This document shows, piece after piece, positions 25,031-34,186 of a DNA stretch of 64,000 nt. The DNA lies in the NCBI GenBank assembly GCA_963812015.1, contig CAWETI010000003.1:256001-320000 (forward strand), in the 5' to 3' direction. The notes beneath the pieces were generated by a model. The model searched no databases and had not been told where the DNA came from. It saw only the letters and a program-made list of their open reading frames with translations. Each line of letters starts with the position of its first letter. Position 1 is the first letter of the stretch. Made by a program: the position numbers and the translations under genes. This DNA is from an uncultured delta proteobacterium (GTDB lineage Bacteria > Desulfobacterota > Desulfobaccia > Desulfobaccales > 0-14-0-80-60-11).

Positions 25031-25474
25031 ATGGCCATGCTTAAAAAAATTTCCGCCATGAAGGCCCGGCAGAATTTGGGTCAACTCTTAAATGAAGTCT
25101 CGATCCGGGGAGACTCGTTTATCATCGAACGGGCCGGTAAACCTTTGGCGGCCCTGGTTGACATGGAAAGATTCCAACAATTACAAGAGGACCAAGACGC
25201 CGCTCTCCAGGCGCTGAAAAAGGTGTGGGAGAAAATGGCCGGAGCGGAAGCTCAGGATATCCAGGCAGCCTTAGAGGAGGCCGAGATGATTGCCAAGGAT
25301 GAGAATCGCCCTAGGAGCGAACTCATTCGAGAAGCACTCCGGCGTTATGTTGCCGAAAGGGAACTCATGCGTCTGCAACGCTACGGCATGAAAAAGGCCA
25401 AAGAGCTTGGCTTAAAAATGGAGGACGTTCAGCGCTTAATCGATGAGTATCGAGCCGAACAAACCTATGCTTAA
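25031..25474 (+). CDS. Antitoxin: Phd/YefM N-terminal domain fused to a CopG/RHH-type C-terminal half
   Basis: KISAMKARQNLGQLLNEV..IERAGKPLAALV (Phd) plus ENRPRSELIREALRRY (RHH helix). Confidence 0.75.
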   Translation: MAMLKKISAMKARQNLGQLLNEVSIRGDSFIIERAGKPLAALVDMERFQQLQEDQDAALQALKKVWEKMAGAEAQDIQAALEEAEMIAKDENRPRSELIREALRRYVAERELMRLQRYGMKKAKELGLKMEDVQRLIDEYRAEQTYA

Positions 25475-25883
25475 AGTAGTGCTTGATACCAATGTTATCG
25501 TTTTTGGCTTAAACTTTCAAAAGAGCAATCCTGCCAAAATTTTGCTTTTGATGGCTTCGGGAGAGATAGCCAACCTTACTTCTGGACATATACTCAATGA
25601 AACGAAACGTATTCTGGTCGATAAGTTTTTCTGGACACTGGAAGAAGCTGGCGCGGCTGAGGTTTGGCTAAATAATTTCTCTACGTCAGTCAACCCCAAA
25701 AACCGAATTGCAGTTATTGCTGATGATCCGGACAACCGAATTCTGGAATGTGCCATAGAAGGTCAGGCTGACTTTATCATTTCGGGGGACCATCATCTTA
25801 CCGACCTGGAAAATTATCAAGGAGTCAAGATCGTTGAGCCGGCTACTTTTTTGGCATTCATGACCAGGCTCGATGAAGCATAA
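25467..25883 (+). CDS. PIN-domain (VapC-like) toxin
   Basis: VVLDTNV, DNRILECA and IISGDHHL; overlaps antitoxin stop; AT-rich. Confidence 0.88.
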   Translation: MLKVVLDTNVIVFGLNFQKSNPAKILLLMASGEIANLTSGHILNETKRILVDKFFWTLEEAGAAEVWLNNFSTSVNPKNRIAVIADDPDNRILECAIEGQADFIISGDHHLTDLENYQGVKIVEPATFLAFMTRLDEA

Positions 25884-25891
25884 CCCCTTTT

Positions 25892-25959
25892 TCATCCTGA
25901 AGGAGTGAAGGCTCTCAACTTATTTAATACAATAGATTCTTCGCTGCGCTCAGAATGAC
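25892..25959. repeat. Palindromic repeat family C (TCATTCTGA..GAAG..//..CTTCGC.GCGCTCAGAATGAC)
   Basis: Related copies at 45933-45989 and 47164-47235. Confidence 0.7.
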
Positions 25960-26036
25960 CATGCTTCTACAAAAAGAGGTTTTGTACCAGCTTCTCAGCA
26001 TACATCGTTTGGTGAAATCCATTCGGGAGGAACTTC

Positions 26037-26471
26037 ATGGCGGCAACGGAACCGGCGACTTCCGGCGACCTGGTGTTCAAACCCTGCGGTCGCGCGTTTT
26101 TTGTCTATTACGTGGCCTTGATTCTGGTGGTTCTGGGCCCCCGGCTCAACCCCGCGGTGGGACTGCCCGTCTGGTTGGGGACCCTGTTGGGGGTCATCAT
26201 CCTGGCCGCGGTGGTTTACCAGAAATACGGCCATGAGTACCGGGTCACTTCCCTGGGGGTGGCCAAGGTCAGGCGCTGGCCTTCTCCCCGGCTCCAGGAG
26301 ATCGCCTGGGAGAACCTGGGGGAGATTCTGGTGCTCCGGGGCTTGACCCAGACCATGCTCCAGGTGGGTAATCTCGCCTTCGAGGATAAAGCCGGGGAGC
26401 CCGAGATGTTCTGGTACGGGTTGCTCAACCCCAAAGATATTAAAGACCTGATCGACGGGAAGCGGCCGTGA
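26037..26471 (+). CDS. Membrane protein with bacterial PH (bPH_2-like) domain
   Basis: Two TM helices, then YRVTS..I.V.RGL.Q.ML.VG.L pattern. Confidence 0.65.
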   Translation: MAATEPATSGDLVFKPCGRAFFVYYVALILVVLGPRLNPAVGLPVWLGTLLGVIILAAVVYQKYGHEYRVTSLGVAKVRRWPSPRLQEIAWENLGEILVLRGLTQTMLQVGNLAFEDKAGEPEMFWYGLLNPKDIKDLIDGKRP

Positions 26472-27160
26472 TGGAACTGGAAGAGGGGTGGGGGGCGGAA
26501 GCGGCTGTGGCCGAACCGGACTCAACGCTTCCGGTGCCCTGGGAAGATCCGGGGTTATCCGGGATGGTGGGGTTTTTTCGCACTCTCCGGGACGTCCTGT
26601 TTCATCCGCAGGAATTTTTTGGGAACCTGGGTCGGGAAGGCTGGGCCGAACCGTTGGCCTTTGCCCTCATCGTGTCCAGCGCCGGGTTGCTGTGCGCCCT
26701 CTTTTGGCACCTCTTGGCCCTGGCCCCGGCTGGCCTGAACCCGGAGGACGCTGCCGGCCTGTCTCCTGCCCTGGGTCTGGGGCCGGGCGCGCTGGTGGCC
26801 ATGATGGCCGGCGCACCGCTCCTGGTGCTAGTTAACCTAGGAGTGGGCGGCCTTTGCTGGTGGGGGAGTGTGGCCCTGGTGGGCGCCGGCCGGGATTTTA
26901 TCCCGACCTGGCGGATATTCTGCTATGCCCAGGGGGGTATGGCCCTGGCCTTCATTCCGTTCTTCGGCATGTTCGTGGCGGGAATCTGGGTCCTGGTCCT
27001 GATGTATCACGGGGTGAAGCAAGTCTACGGCCTCTCCGCCTGGGGCTCTTTGGGCGCTCTGGCCGCCTTTCTGTCGCTGCAAGCCTTGCTGGCGATGACC
27101 CTCTTACTGGGCCTGGCGGCCGGCTTGGCCTTCCTGGGATGCCTGCTGCTGCTGGGCTGA
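26468..27160 (+). CDS. Yip1-family membrane protein
   Basis: VPWED..GFFRTL..VLFHP.EFF and five TM segments with IPFFG. Confidence 0.75.
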   Translation: MMELEEGWGAEAAVAEPDSTLPVPWEDPGLSGMVGFFRTLRDVLFHPQEFFGNLGREGWAEPLAFALIVSSAGLLCALFWHLLALAPAGLNPEDAAGLSPALGLGPGALVAMMAGAPLLVLVNLGVGGLCWWGSVALVGAGRDFIPTWRIFCYAQGGMALAFIPFFGMFVAGIWVLVLMYHGVKQVYGLSAWGSLGALAAFLSLQALLAMTLLLGLAAGLAFLGCLLLLG

Positions 27161-27394
27161 AGCGGCCTGGGCCGCCTGGGCTTCCCGCCGCTTCCGCCTT
27201 ATTCTCAAGCCGTGGGCGACCCAACCGATGGCCAATCCCACCGTCAGGCTGATGTAAGCCAACAAGAACGTGGGCAGCTCGCCCAAGAGAAATTTAAAGA
27301 CCTTGATCGGCGGCGCCGGCTGGGAGTTTTCAAAGGCAAAGTCCACCAGCACCACGGCCAGGATGATCAACAATACCACCTTGATCTTACTCAT
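27104..27394 (-). CDS. LapA/DUF1049-family membrane protein
   Basis: TM-FAFENSQP-TM then basic tail. Confidence 0.7.
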   Translation of the reverse strand: MSKIKVVLLIILAVVLVDFAFENSQPAPPIKVFKFLLGELPTFLLAYISLTVGLAIGWVAHGLRIRRKRREAQAAQAASAQQQQASQEGQAGRQAQ

Positions 27395-27413
27395 GGGCGC
27401 CTCTCTTGTGCAC

Positions 27414-27767
27414 TCACTCTTTCAGGTAACGTTTCACCACGGCCTTGAGATCCTCCAGATCCGAGGACTTGACCAGGTACTCGTCTGAGGCCCAGGTGGC
27501 AAAATCCTGCTTATACTCTCCATAGGCGGTACTCAGGACTACGGGCAAATCCGGCCGCTTTTCCTTGATCTGTCTCAGGGCCTCGATGCCGTCCATTTCC
27601 GGCATTTTGATGTCCAGGATGACCAGGTCCAGGGGAATTTTATCCACGACTTCCAGGGCTTCCCGCCCGTTGGCAGCCTGATAGACTTCGTAACCCTCTT
27701 CTTTCAGTTCTTCGCTATAGAGGAGGCGAATGCTCATTTCGTCGTCCGCCACCAAAATCTTCTTCAT
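27414..27767 (-). CDS. Single-domain response regulator
   Basis: ILVADDE, LDIKMPEMDG, STAY and conserved Lys. Confidence 0.93.
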   Translation of the reverse strand: MKKILVADDEMSIRLLYSEELKEEGYEVYQAANGREALEVVDKIPLDLVILDIKMPEMDGIEALRQIKEKRPDLPVVLSTAYGEYKQDFATWASDEYLVKSSDLEDLKAVVKRYLKE

Positions 27768-30124
27768 TAGCGTCCTCCTGTAGGGGCCTTGAGCACGCTG
27801 GCGGGAACGGCGCCCTGGCCCACATCTTTAACGAGACAATATTTAGCCACCGGCAGGGTGACGATGAAAGTCACGCCTTTGCCTATTTCGTTGTTGACTT
27901 CGATCTGACCATAGTGGCGGGAAACGATCCGTTGGGCAATGGCCAGACCCAGGCCGGTGCCATAATCCTTGGTGGAAAAAAACGGGTTGAAGATATTGTG
28001 CAGCACTTCCATGGGGATGCCGGCCCCGGTGTCGGAGATCGCCGCGGCGGCATAGAGACCGTCCGGCCTCTCCACCGGGTAGGTGCGAATGGTCAGGGTG
28101 CCCCCGTGGACCATGGCCTGCATGGCGTTCTGAAAGAGGTTGTAAAAGACCTGCTTCATCTGCCGGTCGTCGCAATGGAGCCGGGGCAACTGGGCAAATT
28201 CCCTTACCACCTTGATTTTATAGGCATCCAGGTCTCGCTGGACCAGAATCAGGGTATCATCGATGAGCTTGGCCAGCTCGTGGTCGCCGTAGTAGGACAG
28301 ATTTTCCCCGGTGAAGTCCAGGATCTCACGGAGGAGCTTTTCCAGCCGGGTCACTTCCTCCTGGATGACTTCCACGTATCCCCGGAGGGGCGAATTCGGT
28401 TCCACCAATTTGGCGATGCGCCGGGCGAAGCCGCCGATGGAGACCAGGGGGTTGCGGATTTCGTGGGCCATGCCCGAAGCCAGGCTGCTCAAGGCGGCCA
28501 GGCGGTCCGACTCCAGCATCCGCTCCCGGATGAGGAGTAATTCCCGGTTGTTGGTTTCGATGGTGGAGTAGAGGTGGGCATTCTCCAGCACCAGGGCGGC
28601 CTGGGTGGCAAACATCTGGAGGGCGTGGAGGCGCTCCGACTCCAGGGGCCGCCCGGAAGCCTGGTTGTCCACCAGAATCACCCCGGTGGCCCGGTCTTTC
28701 ACCACCAGGGGCACCACAAAAAATTCCTGGGCCGCGTACCTGCTCGAGAGGACGGCGGGCACTCCCGGCTCCTTGTTCGTCTGATGATGATAGGGGAGCT
28801 TCCGCAGGACTGCCAGGGCCAGGGGGCCCTGATCCACCCGGAGGGGGATTTCCCACTCATCCATCGGGATCATCTCCGCTGGCGGCAGCTGCAGGGCCTT
28901 GAGGGTGGGAAGGTCCCGGGTGACGGGACTGCGACAGGCGCCTTTCGCGCCTCTCAAGGTTTGCGTGGCTTCATCCACCATCAACACCACCGCTCGATCA
29001 AATCCCAGGCCGTGCTCCAGGGTGAGGCCCTGGAGGATGATCTCCTGGAGCCGCACCTCCTGCACCGACGTCAGCATAATCTCGGAGATCTCTTGCAAGG
29101 CGGTGAGATTTCGGACCATGCGTTCGTTCTTTTCCGCCAGGTCCTCTACCTGTTGATAGGTGAGGGCATTTTCGATGGCGTTGATGATGACGCCGGCCAT
29201 GGTGAAGAGCAACTGGCGGTTTTCCGGATCAAAGGGGAGGTATTCGCCGTTGGGGTTGAACTTGTCGTACACCCCCAGAGTCCCCGTCAACTGCCCCTTG
29301 AAGGTGAGGGGCACCGCCAGGCAGTAGTGGGTGTGGCCGGCCGCATCCGTCGATTCTCCTTCAAAATAGGGGGGTTCTCCGGAACCGGCGCCGGGGGGCA
29401 TCGTGGGCAGGGCCGGGCATGCCGGGGGAATCTGCCCATAGCGGGACGAGACCCGGGGCTCACCGGTGGTGGCATCAACAATGTGGAGGGCTGCACCCCG
29501 GGCGGTGATGACCTTGGCGGTGGTGCCCACGATGCGCTCCAGGAGTTCATCCAACTCCACGGTGGAAGTGAGGGCTTTGCCCACCTCGAACAGCACCGAC
29601 AACTCGGCGATGCGCTTCTTGGCTTCTTCCTGGACGATGGCCTGTCGCAGGGCGGCAGCCAGCATCAGGCAGGTCAACTCGATGTTCTGGCGCTCGGCGG
29701 GGGTGAAGGATCGGTCCTGCCGATCCACCAGGATCAAGACCCCGTAGAGAAAATTATCATCGGCCACCGGAAAGGCGGCCAGGGTCTGATAGGCGGGATG
29801 GAGTTTTTCCAGGGGGGCATTGGCCTCCACCACTCCCGGTTGCTGGCGGTGGACGACGGCAATCTTGCGGGTGCTGGCCGTTTCACCCACCAGCCCCTGA
29901 CCCACGGGAAATTCCAGGCGCAGGTGGGGCGGGACGGGCCCCTGGCTGCTCACGTTGAGGAACAGGGTCTCCCGGGCTTTGTCCAGGCCGAAATAGAGAG
30001 CCAGGTCCACCTTCAGGTGGCGGCCCAGGAGGTGAACCATGTTGTTGAGCCGTTCCCCAAAGCTGACGGTAGAGGTGAGCACCTCCACCATTTGGGTCAA
30101 GAACGCGGCACGATCCGAAGCCAT
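27767..30124 (-). CDS. Cytoplasmic multi-GAF sensor histidine kinase
   Basis: Three GAF-like segments, MAHEIRNPL H-box, N box (NLFQNA), DTGAG, FNPFFSTK and GTGLGL. Confidence 0.93.
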   Translation of the reverse strand: MASDRAAFLTQMVEVLTSTVSFGERLNNMVHLLGRHLKVDLALYFGLDKARETLFLNVSSQGPVPPHLRLEFPVGQGLVGETASTRKIAVVHRQQPGVVEANAPLEKLHPAYQTLAAFPVADDNFLYGVLILVDRQDRSFTPAERQNIELTCLMLAAALRQAIVQEEAKKRIAELSVLFEVGKALTSTVELDELLERIVGTTAKVITARGAALHIVDATTGEPRVSSRYGQIPPACPALPTMPPGAGSGEPPYFEGESTDAAGHTHYCLAVPLTFKGQLTGTLGVYDKFNPNGEYLPFDPENRQLLFTMAGVIINAIENALTYQQVEDLAEKNERMVRNLTALQEISEIMLTSVQEVRLQEIILQGLTLEHGLGFDRAVVLMVDEATQTLRGAKGACRSPVTRDLPTLKALQLPPAEMIPMDEWEIPLRVDQGPLALAVLRKLPYHHQTNKEPGVPAVLSSRYAAQEFFVVPLVVKDRATGVILVDNQASGRPLESERLHALQMFATQAALVLENAHLYSTIETNNRELLLIRERMLESDRLAALSSLASGMAHEIRNPLVSIGGFARRIAKLVEPNSPLRGYVEVIQEEVTRLEKLLREILDFTGENLSYYGDHELAKLIDDTLILVQRDLDAYKIKVVREFAQLPRLHCDDRQMKQVFYNLFQNAMQAMVHGGTLTIRTYPVERPDGLYAAAAISDTGAGIPMEVLHNIFNPFFSTKDYGTGLGLAIAQRIVSRHYGQIEVNNEIGKGVTFIVTLPVAKYCLVKDVGQGAVPASVLKAPTGGR

Positions 30125-30130
30125 GAAATC

Positions 30131-31603
30131 TCACCCGCCCAACAGGCGCTGCCGTTTTTCCGCGGCCAACCGGTAGAGGTCCACGTATTTGGGGCCCGCG
30201 GTCTTGGTCCAGGAATAATCCAGGGCCATGTTGTGCTTCATCAGGGCTTCCCAGACCGGGGGCTGTTGATAAACCGCCAGGGCTCGCTGCACCGCGCCCA
30301 GAAGTTCGGCCGGGGTGTAACCGGCGAACTTGAACCCGGTGCCTTGGCCGGTGGCGGGGTCGAATTCCTGCACGGTCTCATCCAACCCGCCGGTGGCCCG
30401 GACCACCGGAATTGTGCCGTAGCGCAGGCAGTATAGCTGGTCCAGGCCGCAGGGCTCATAACGGGAGGGCATGAGGAAGATGTCGGCCCCGGCGATAATC
30501 TGGTGAGCCAGTTCCTCGGTGTAGCCGATCATGAGGCCCATGTGCTCCGGATATTTAAGGCTGAATTCCTGGAGCAGAAAGTGGTGGCGCTCTTCTCCGG
30601 TGCCCTGGATGATGAAACCCACGTCCAGGCGCATCAGGTCATCGAGGATGTTTTCCACCAGGTCGATCCCTTTACGCTCAAAGAACCGGGTGGTCATGGC
30701 GATGAGAGGCCGCGCCGGGGACAGCTTTAAGGTGAAGCGCTCCAACAGGGCCAGTTTGCAGGTCTTTTTGCCGGCAAGGTTATCCTGGTCATAGGGCGCG
30801 GCCAGGAAGGCATCCCGGTTGGGGTCCCAGCGGTGATAATCAACCCCTTCCAGGACGCCGTAGAGCTCAGAGGCCCGTTCCCGGAACAGCCCCTCCAGCC
30901 CGAAGCCAAATTCCGGGGTGAGAATCTCTTCCCGGTATTTGGTGGATACGGTGGTCAGGAGGTCGGCAAAGACCAGGCCGCCTTTCATAAAGTTGAGCTT
31001 ACCGTAAAATTCCAGGGCCTTGGGAGAGAGCAATTCCCACCCCAGGCCGGTAAGGGGCAGGTCATAGGAAGAAAAGAGCCCCTGGTAACCCACGTTGTGA
31101 ACCGTGTACACCACCGGCAGGCGCTGCAAGCGGGGGCGTTCGCGATAGAGGGTCCTGAGATAAACGGGGACCAGGCCGGTCTGCCACTCGTGGGCGTGGC
31201 AGACGTCGAAATCCAGCTGCAAGGCGTCGATCATCTCCACCACCGACCGGGAAAAGAAGATGAAGCGCTCGCCATTGTCGTCAAAATCCCCGTACGACGT
31301 GCCGTAGAGACCTTCCCGGTTAAACAGGCTGTCCTGGCCGATAAAGTAAAAATCCAGGTTGGGGTCGACCTGGGCGGTAAAGATTTCGGCCGGCAGGGTC
31401 TTCAAGGAGAGGGGAATGGAAAGCTTTTGCCCGGTGGAGGTCAGGGGGCGGCCCGATTCCCGCACCTGGCGGTACAGGGGCAAAACCACCGATACTTGGT
31501 GGCCCAGCTTGACCAGAGCCCAGGCCAGGGCGTAGATCACCTCTGCGAGCCCGCCGCTGCGGGCAAAGGGATTAGATTCAGGGGTTACCATCAGGATACG
31601 CAT
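30131..31603 (-). CDS. glgA: Glycogen synthase (GT5)
   Basis: PFARSGGLAEV, HAHEWQTG, TVHNVGYQG and MPSRYEPCGL. Confidence 0.93.
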   Translation of the reverse strand: MRILMVTPESNPFARSGGLAEVIYALAWALVKLGHQVSVVLPLYRQVRESGRPLTSTGQKLSIPLSLKTLPAEIFTAQVDPNLDFYFIGQDSLFNREGLYGTSYGDFDDNGERFIFFSRSVVEMIDALQLDFDVCHAHEWQTGLVPVYLRTLYRERPRLQRLPVVYTVHNVGYQGLFSSYDLPLTGLGWELLSPKALEFYGKLNFMKGGLVFADLLTTVSTKYREEILTPEFGFGLEGLFRERASELYGVLEGVDYHRWDPNRDAFLAAPYDQDNLAGKKTCKLALLERFTLKLSPARPLIAMTTRFFERKGIDLVENILDDLMRLDVGFIIQGTGEERHHFLLQEFSLKYPEHMGLMIGYTEELAHQIIAGADIFLMPSRYEPCGLDQLYCLRYGTIPVVRATGGLDETVQEFDPATGQGTGFKFAGYTPAELLGAVQRALAVYQQPPVWEALMKHNMALDYSWTKTAGPKYVDLYRLAAEKRQRLLGG

Positions 31604-31620
31604 CTGTCATCCCTCGAGGA

Positions 31621-32619
31621 TTACAGCGTCAACTCCCGAAGATATTTAGCCGCATCTTCCGGAGGCGTCGGATTGATATAGAAGCCCGAGCCCCACTCGA
31701 ATCCAGCAATCAGAGTCAGCTTGGGCACAATCTCAAAATGCCAGTGGTAATAATTGAGTTGTGATTCCCGGATGGGCGCGGTGTGCAGGATGAAATTGTA
31801 CGGGACCTGGCCCAGGGCTTTCACCAGGCGCTTCAGGGTTTCCGAGAAGAGCTCGGCCAGTAGCTGGAAAGACCCTTCCTTTAAATCCACGTAGGATGAA
31901 AAGTGCTGCTTGGGCAGGATCCAGATTTCAAAAGGAGAGCGGGGCGCAAAGGGACAAATCGCCAGAAATTCTTCGTTCTGCAGCACCACCCGGCTCTCCT
32001 GCTGGAGTTCCTGGCGGATCATATCGCAAAAGACGCAGCGCTCTTTGTAGTTGTAATAAAACTTGCCGCCGCTCAATTCCTCCTGGACCAGCTCCGGCAC
32101 GATGGGCAGGGCGATGAGCTGGCAGTGGCTGTGCTCTAAAGAGGCGCCGGCGGCCCGGCCCTGATTTTTAAAGATCAGGACGTATCTAAACCGGGGGTCT
32201 TCGCTGAGGGTGACAATCCGGTCACGGTAGGCCTTCAGCACCCGGACAAACCCTTCCAGGGAAATAGTGGACAGGGTGAGCTGGTGGTCGGGGCTTTCGA
32301 TGATGACCTCATGGGACCCCACCCCGTTCATCTTGTCGAACATCCCTTCGCCGGCCCGGTCCAACTCCCCTCCCGTGGCCAGGGCCGGAAATTTGTTGTT
32401 CACCACCCGGAGCTGCCAGCCGGGGGTATTGGGTTCGGTCCCGGGGTCCCGGAAGGCCAGGACCTCCGGCGGCGTGGTATGTTCGTTGCCTGCATCGAAG
32501 GGGCAGAACCCCCCCTTGGTGACCTCCGGTTCCACGACAAAGTCATGGGGCCGCTTGCCCCGCTCCGTAGAGATAATCACCCAACGGCCGATGATGGGAT
32601 CTTTGCGTAGCTCAGGCAT
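31621..32619 (-). CDS. galT: Galactose-1-phosphate uridylyltransferase-like (GalT/HIT) protein
   Basis: ELRKDP, CPF, GASLEHSHCQ (HxHxQ) and AGFEWGSG. Confidence 0.88.
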   Translation of the reverse strand: MPELRKDPIIGRWVIISTERGKRPHDFVVEPEVTKGGFCPFDAGNEHTTPPEVLAFRDPGTEPNTPGWQLRVVNNKFPALATGGELDRAGEGMFDKMNGVGSHEVIIESPDHQLTLSTISLEGFVRVLKAYRDRIVTLSEDPRFRYVLIFKNQGRAAGASLEHSHCQLIALPIVPELVQEELSGGKFYYNYKERCVFCDMIRQELQQESRVVLQNEEFLAICPFAPRSPFEIWILPKQHFSSYVDLKEGSFQLLAELFSETLKRLVKALGQVPYNFILHTAPIRESQLNYYHWHFEIVPKLTLIAGFEWGSGFYINPTPPEDAAKYLRELTL

Positions 32620-32919
32620 CTGTCTCCATTCCTGGCCCCCTCACCACCAAGGGGCGCTGGTCCCCGTTGCGGCGTCGCCACAGGGATAGTCAATCATTCT
32701 CAGTATACTGTCCTGGGGATATTTTGCAAGGGATTCGGCGGACATGGGCTCCCCAGGGCTCGAGCCCGGCGCCGGCTTCGGGTGAGGTTCAGGCGCCGCC
32801 TCTCGCCTTGCCACCGGCTATTATCCCCTATTATAAGACGGAACCGGAGATAATCCAGCCCCGCCCCGCCTGTCACGATGGGTGCGCTTGGGCTCACTGC
32901 TTACTGCTCACTCGTAAAA

Positions 32920-33132
32920 CTACCGGCGAAACAGGTACATGATCAGGGTGAGGATAATGCTGATGAGGATGCAGGTCCCCAGCGGGAAAGAGAAGGAAAA
33001 ATTACCCCGCTTGAAGCTGATATCCCCCGGCAGCCGCCCCAGCCAGGGTATCTTGGGGGCCAACAACAACACCGCCCCCACGATCACCAGGATCACGCCC
33101 AGCACGATCAATAAACGGCCCAGGTCAGACAT
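32920..33132 (-). CDS. DUF2905-family small membrane protein
   Basis: LGRLPGDI..F.FPLGTCILIS. Confidence 0.88.
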   Translation of the reverse strand: MSDLGRLLIVLGVILVIVGAVLLLAPKIPWLGRLPGDISFKRGNFSFSFPLGTCILISIILTLIMYLFRR

Positions 33133-33307
33133 CGTCTTGCCACGCCAGCCAATTTTCGGGAGATTGTGGAGCCAGGGGCCGGAGCCCGCTCTGCTTCATA
33201 ATAATATGACGGGAACCAAGCGAATTTTCAAGGGGAATCCCTTTAGCGGTGAATTATCTCGCCCCGGAGATTGGCAGGGAAGCATATTTCAGGTTAAAAT
33301 ATTTATT

Positions 33308-34033
33308 ATGTTGATTATTCCGGCCATTGACCTCAAAGACGGCAAGTGCGTGCGGCTACGCCAGGGGCGGGCCCAGGACCTCACCGTCTTCGGCGACGAC
33401 CCGGTGGCCATGGGCCTTAAGTGGCAGGAGGCGGGGGCCCAACTCCTCCACGTGGTGGACCTGGACGGCGCCTTCAGCTCCCGGCCCGGGAACCTCGAGT
33501 CCATCCGGCGCCTGCGTCAGGCCCTGGCCATCCCCATCGAGCTGGGGGGCGGCATCCGCAGCCTGGACACCATCGATTTTTACCTCCAATTGGGCATCGA
33601 CCGCCTCATTTTGGGCACCGTCATCCTCAAGGACCCCGACCTGGCGGCCCGGGCCTGCGCCGACTATCCCGGCCGCATCAATTTCGGCCTGGATGCCCGA
33701 GACGGCCTCCTGGCCGTAGAGGGCTGGACCGAGACCAGCCAAAAGACCGCCCTGGAAGCGGCCCGGACCCTGGCGCCCCTTAAGCCCGCTGCCATCATCT
33801 ACACCGACATCGCCCGGGACGGGGTCAAACGCGGGGTGAATATCCCGGCCACCCAAGCCCTGGCCGAGGCGGTGGACGTCCCGGTGATCGCCTCCGGTGG
33901 GGTGAGTTCTCTCGACGATATACGGGCCCTCCTGCCCCTGGAACCCCTGGGGGTGATGGGAGTCATCACCGGCCGGGCCTTATACGACGGCAGCCTGGAC
34001 CTCAAGGAGGCCATCCGCCTGGCCCAGGGCTGA
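33308..34033 (+). CDS. hisA: ProFAR isomerase (histidine biosynthesis)
   Basis: MLIIPAIDLKDGKCVRLRQG, HVVDLDGA, GGGIR, TDIARDG and ASGGV. Confidence 0.96.
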   Translation: MLIIPAIDLKDGKCVRLRQGRAQDLTVFGDDPVAMGLKWQEAGAQLLHVVDLDGAFSSRPGNLESIRRLRQALAIPIELGGGIRSLDTIDFYLQLGIDRLILGTVILKDPDLAARACADYPGRINFGLDARDGLLAVEGWTETSQKTALEAARTLAPLKPAAIIYTDIARDGVKRGVNIPATQALAEAVDVPVIASGGVSSLDDIRALLPLEPLGVMGVITGRALYDGSLDLKEAIRLAQG

Positions 34034-34039
34034 TTTTTC

Positions 34040-34168
34040 TGAGGGAGGGGACCATGGGGCGGCCCCTGTCCTTGTCCCCCAAACCCCCTTTCCCAACCCC
34101 TTACAGGGGGCTGGGAGGGGAGTTTGAGGGGAGGGTGGGGGACTTTTCGTCCCCCAGTCCTCCCCTCA
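34040..34168. repeat. Family A palindromic repeat, reverse orientation
   Basis: CCCAACCCCTTACAGGGGGCTGGGAGGGGAGTTTGAGGGGAGGG is the reverse complement of the core. Confidence 0.85.
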
Positions 34169-34186
34169 CATACCCTTTAAGGAAAC

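Noticed and set aside
28574..30436. 620-aa plus-strand ORF
   Set aside because: Antisense shadow of the GAF kinase and glgA
32939..33307. N-terminal extension of hisA
   Set aside because: Overlaps the DUF2905 gene on the opposite strand; the conserved start is ATG 33308
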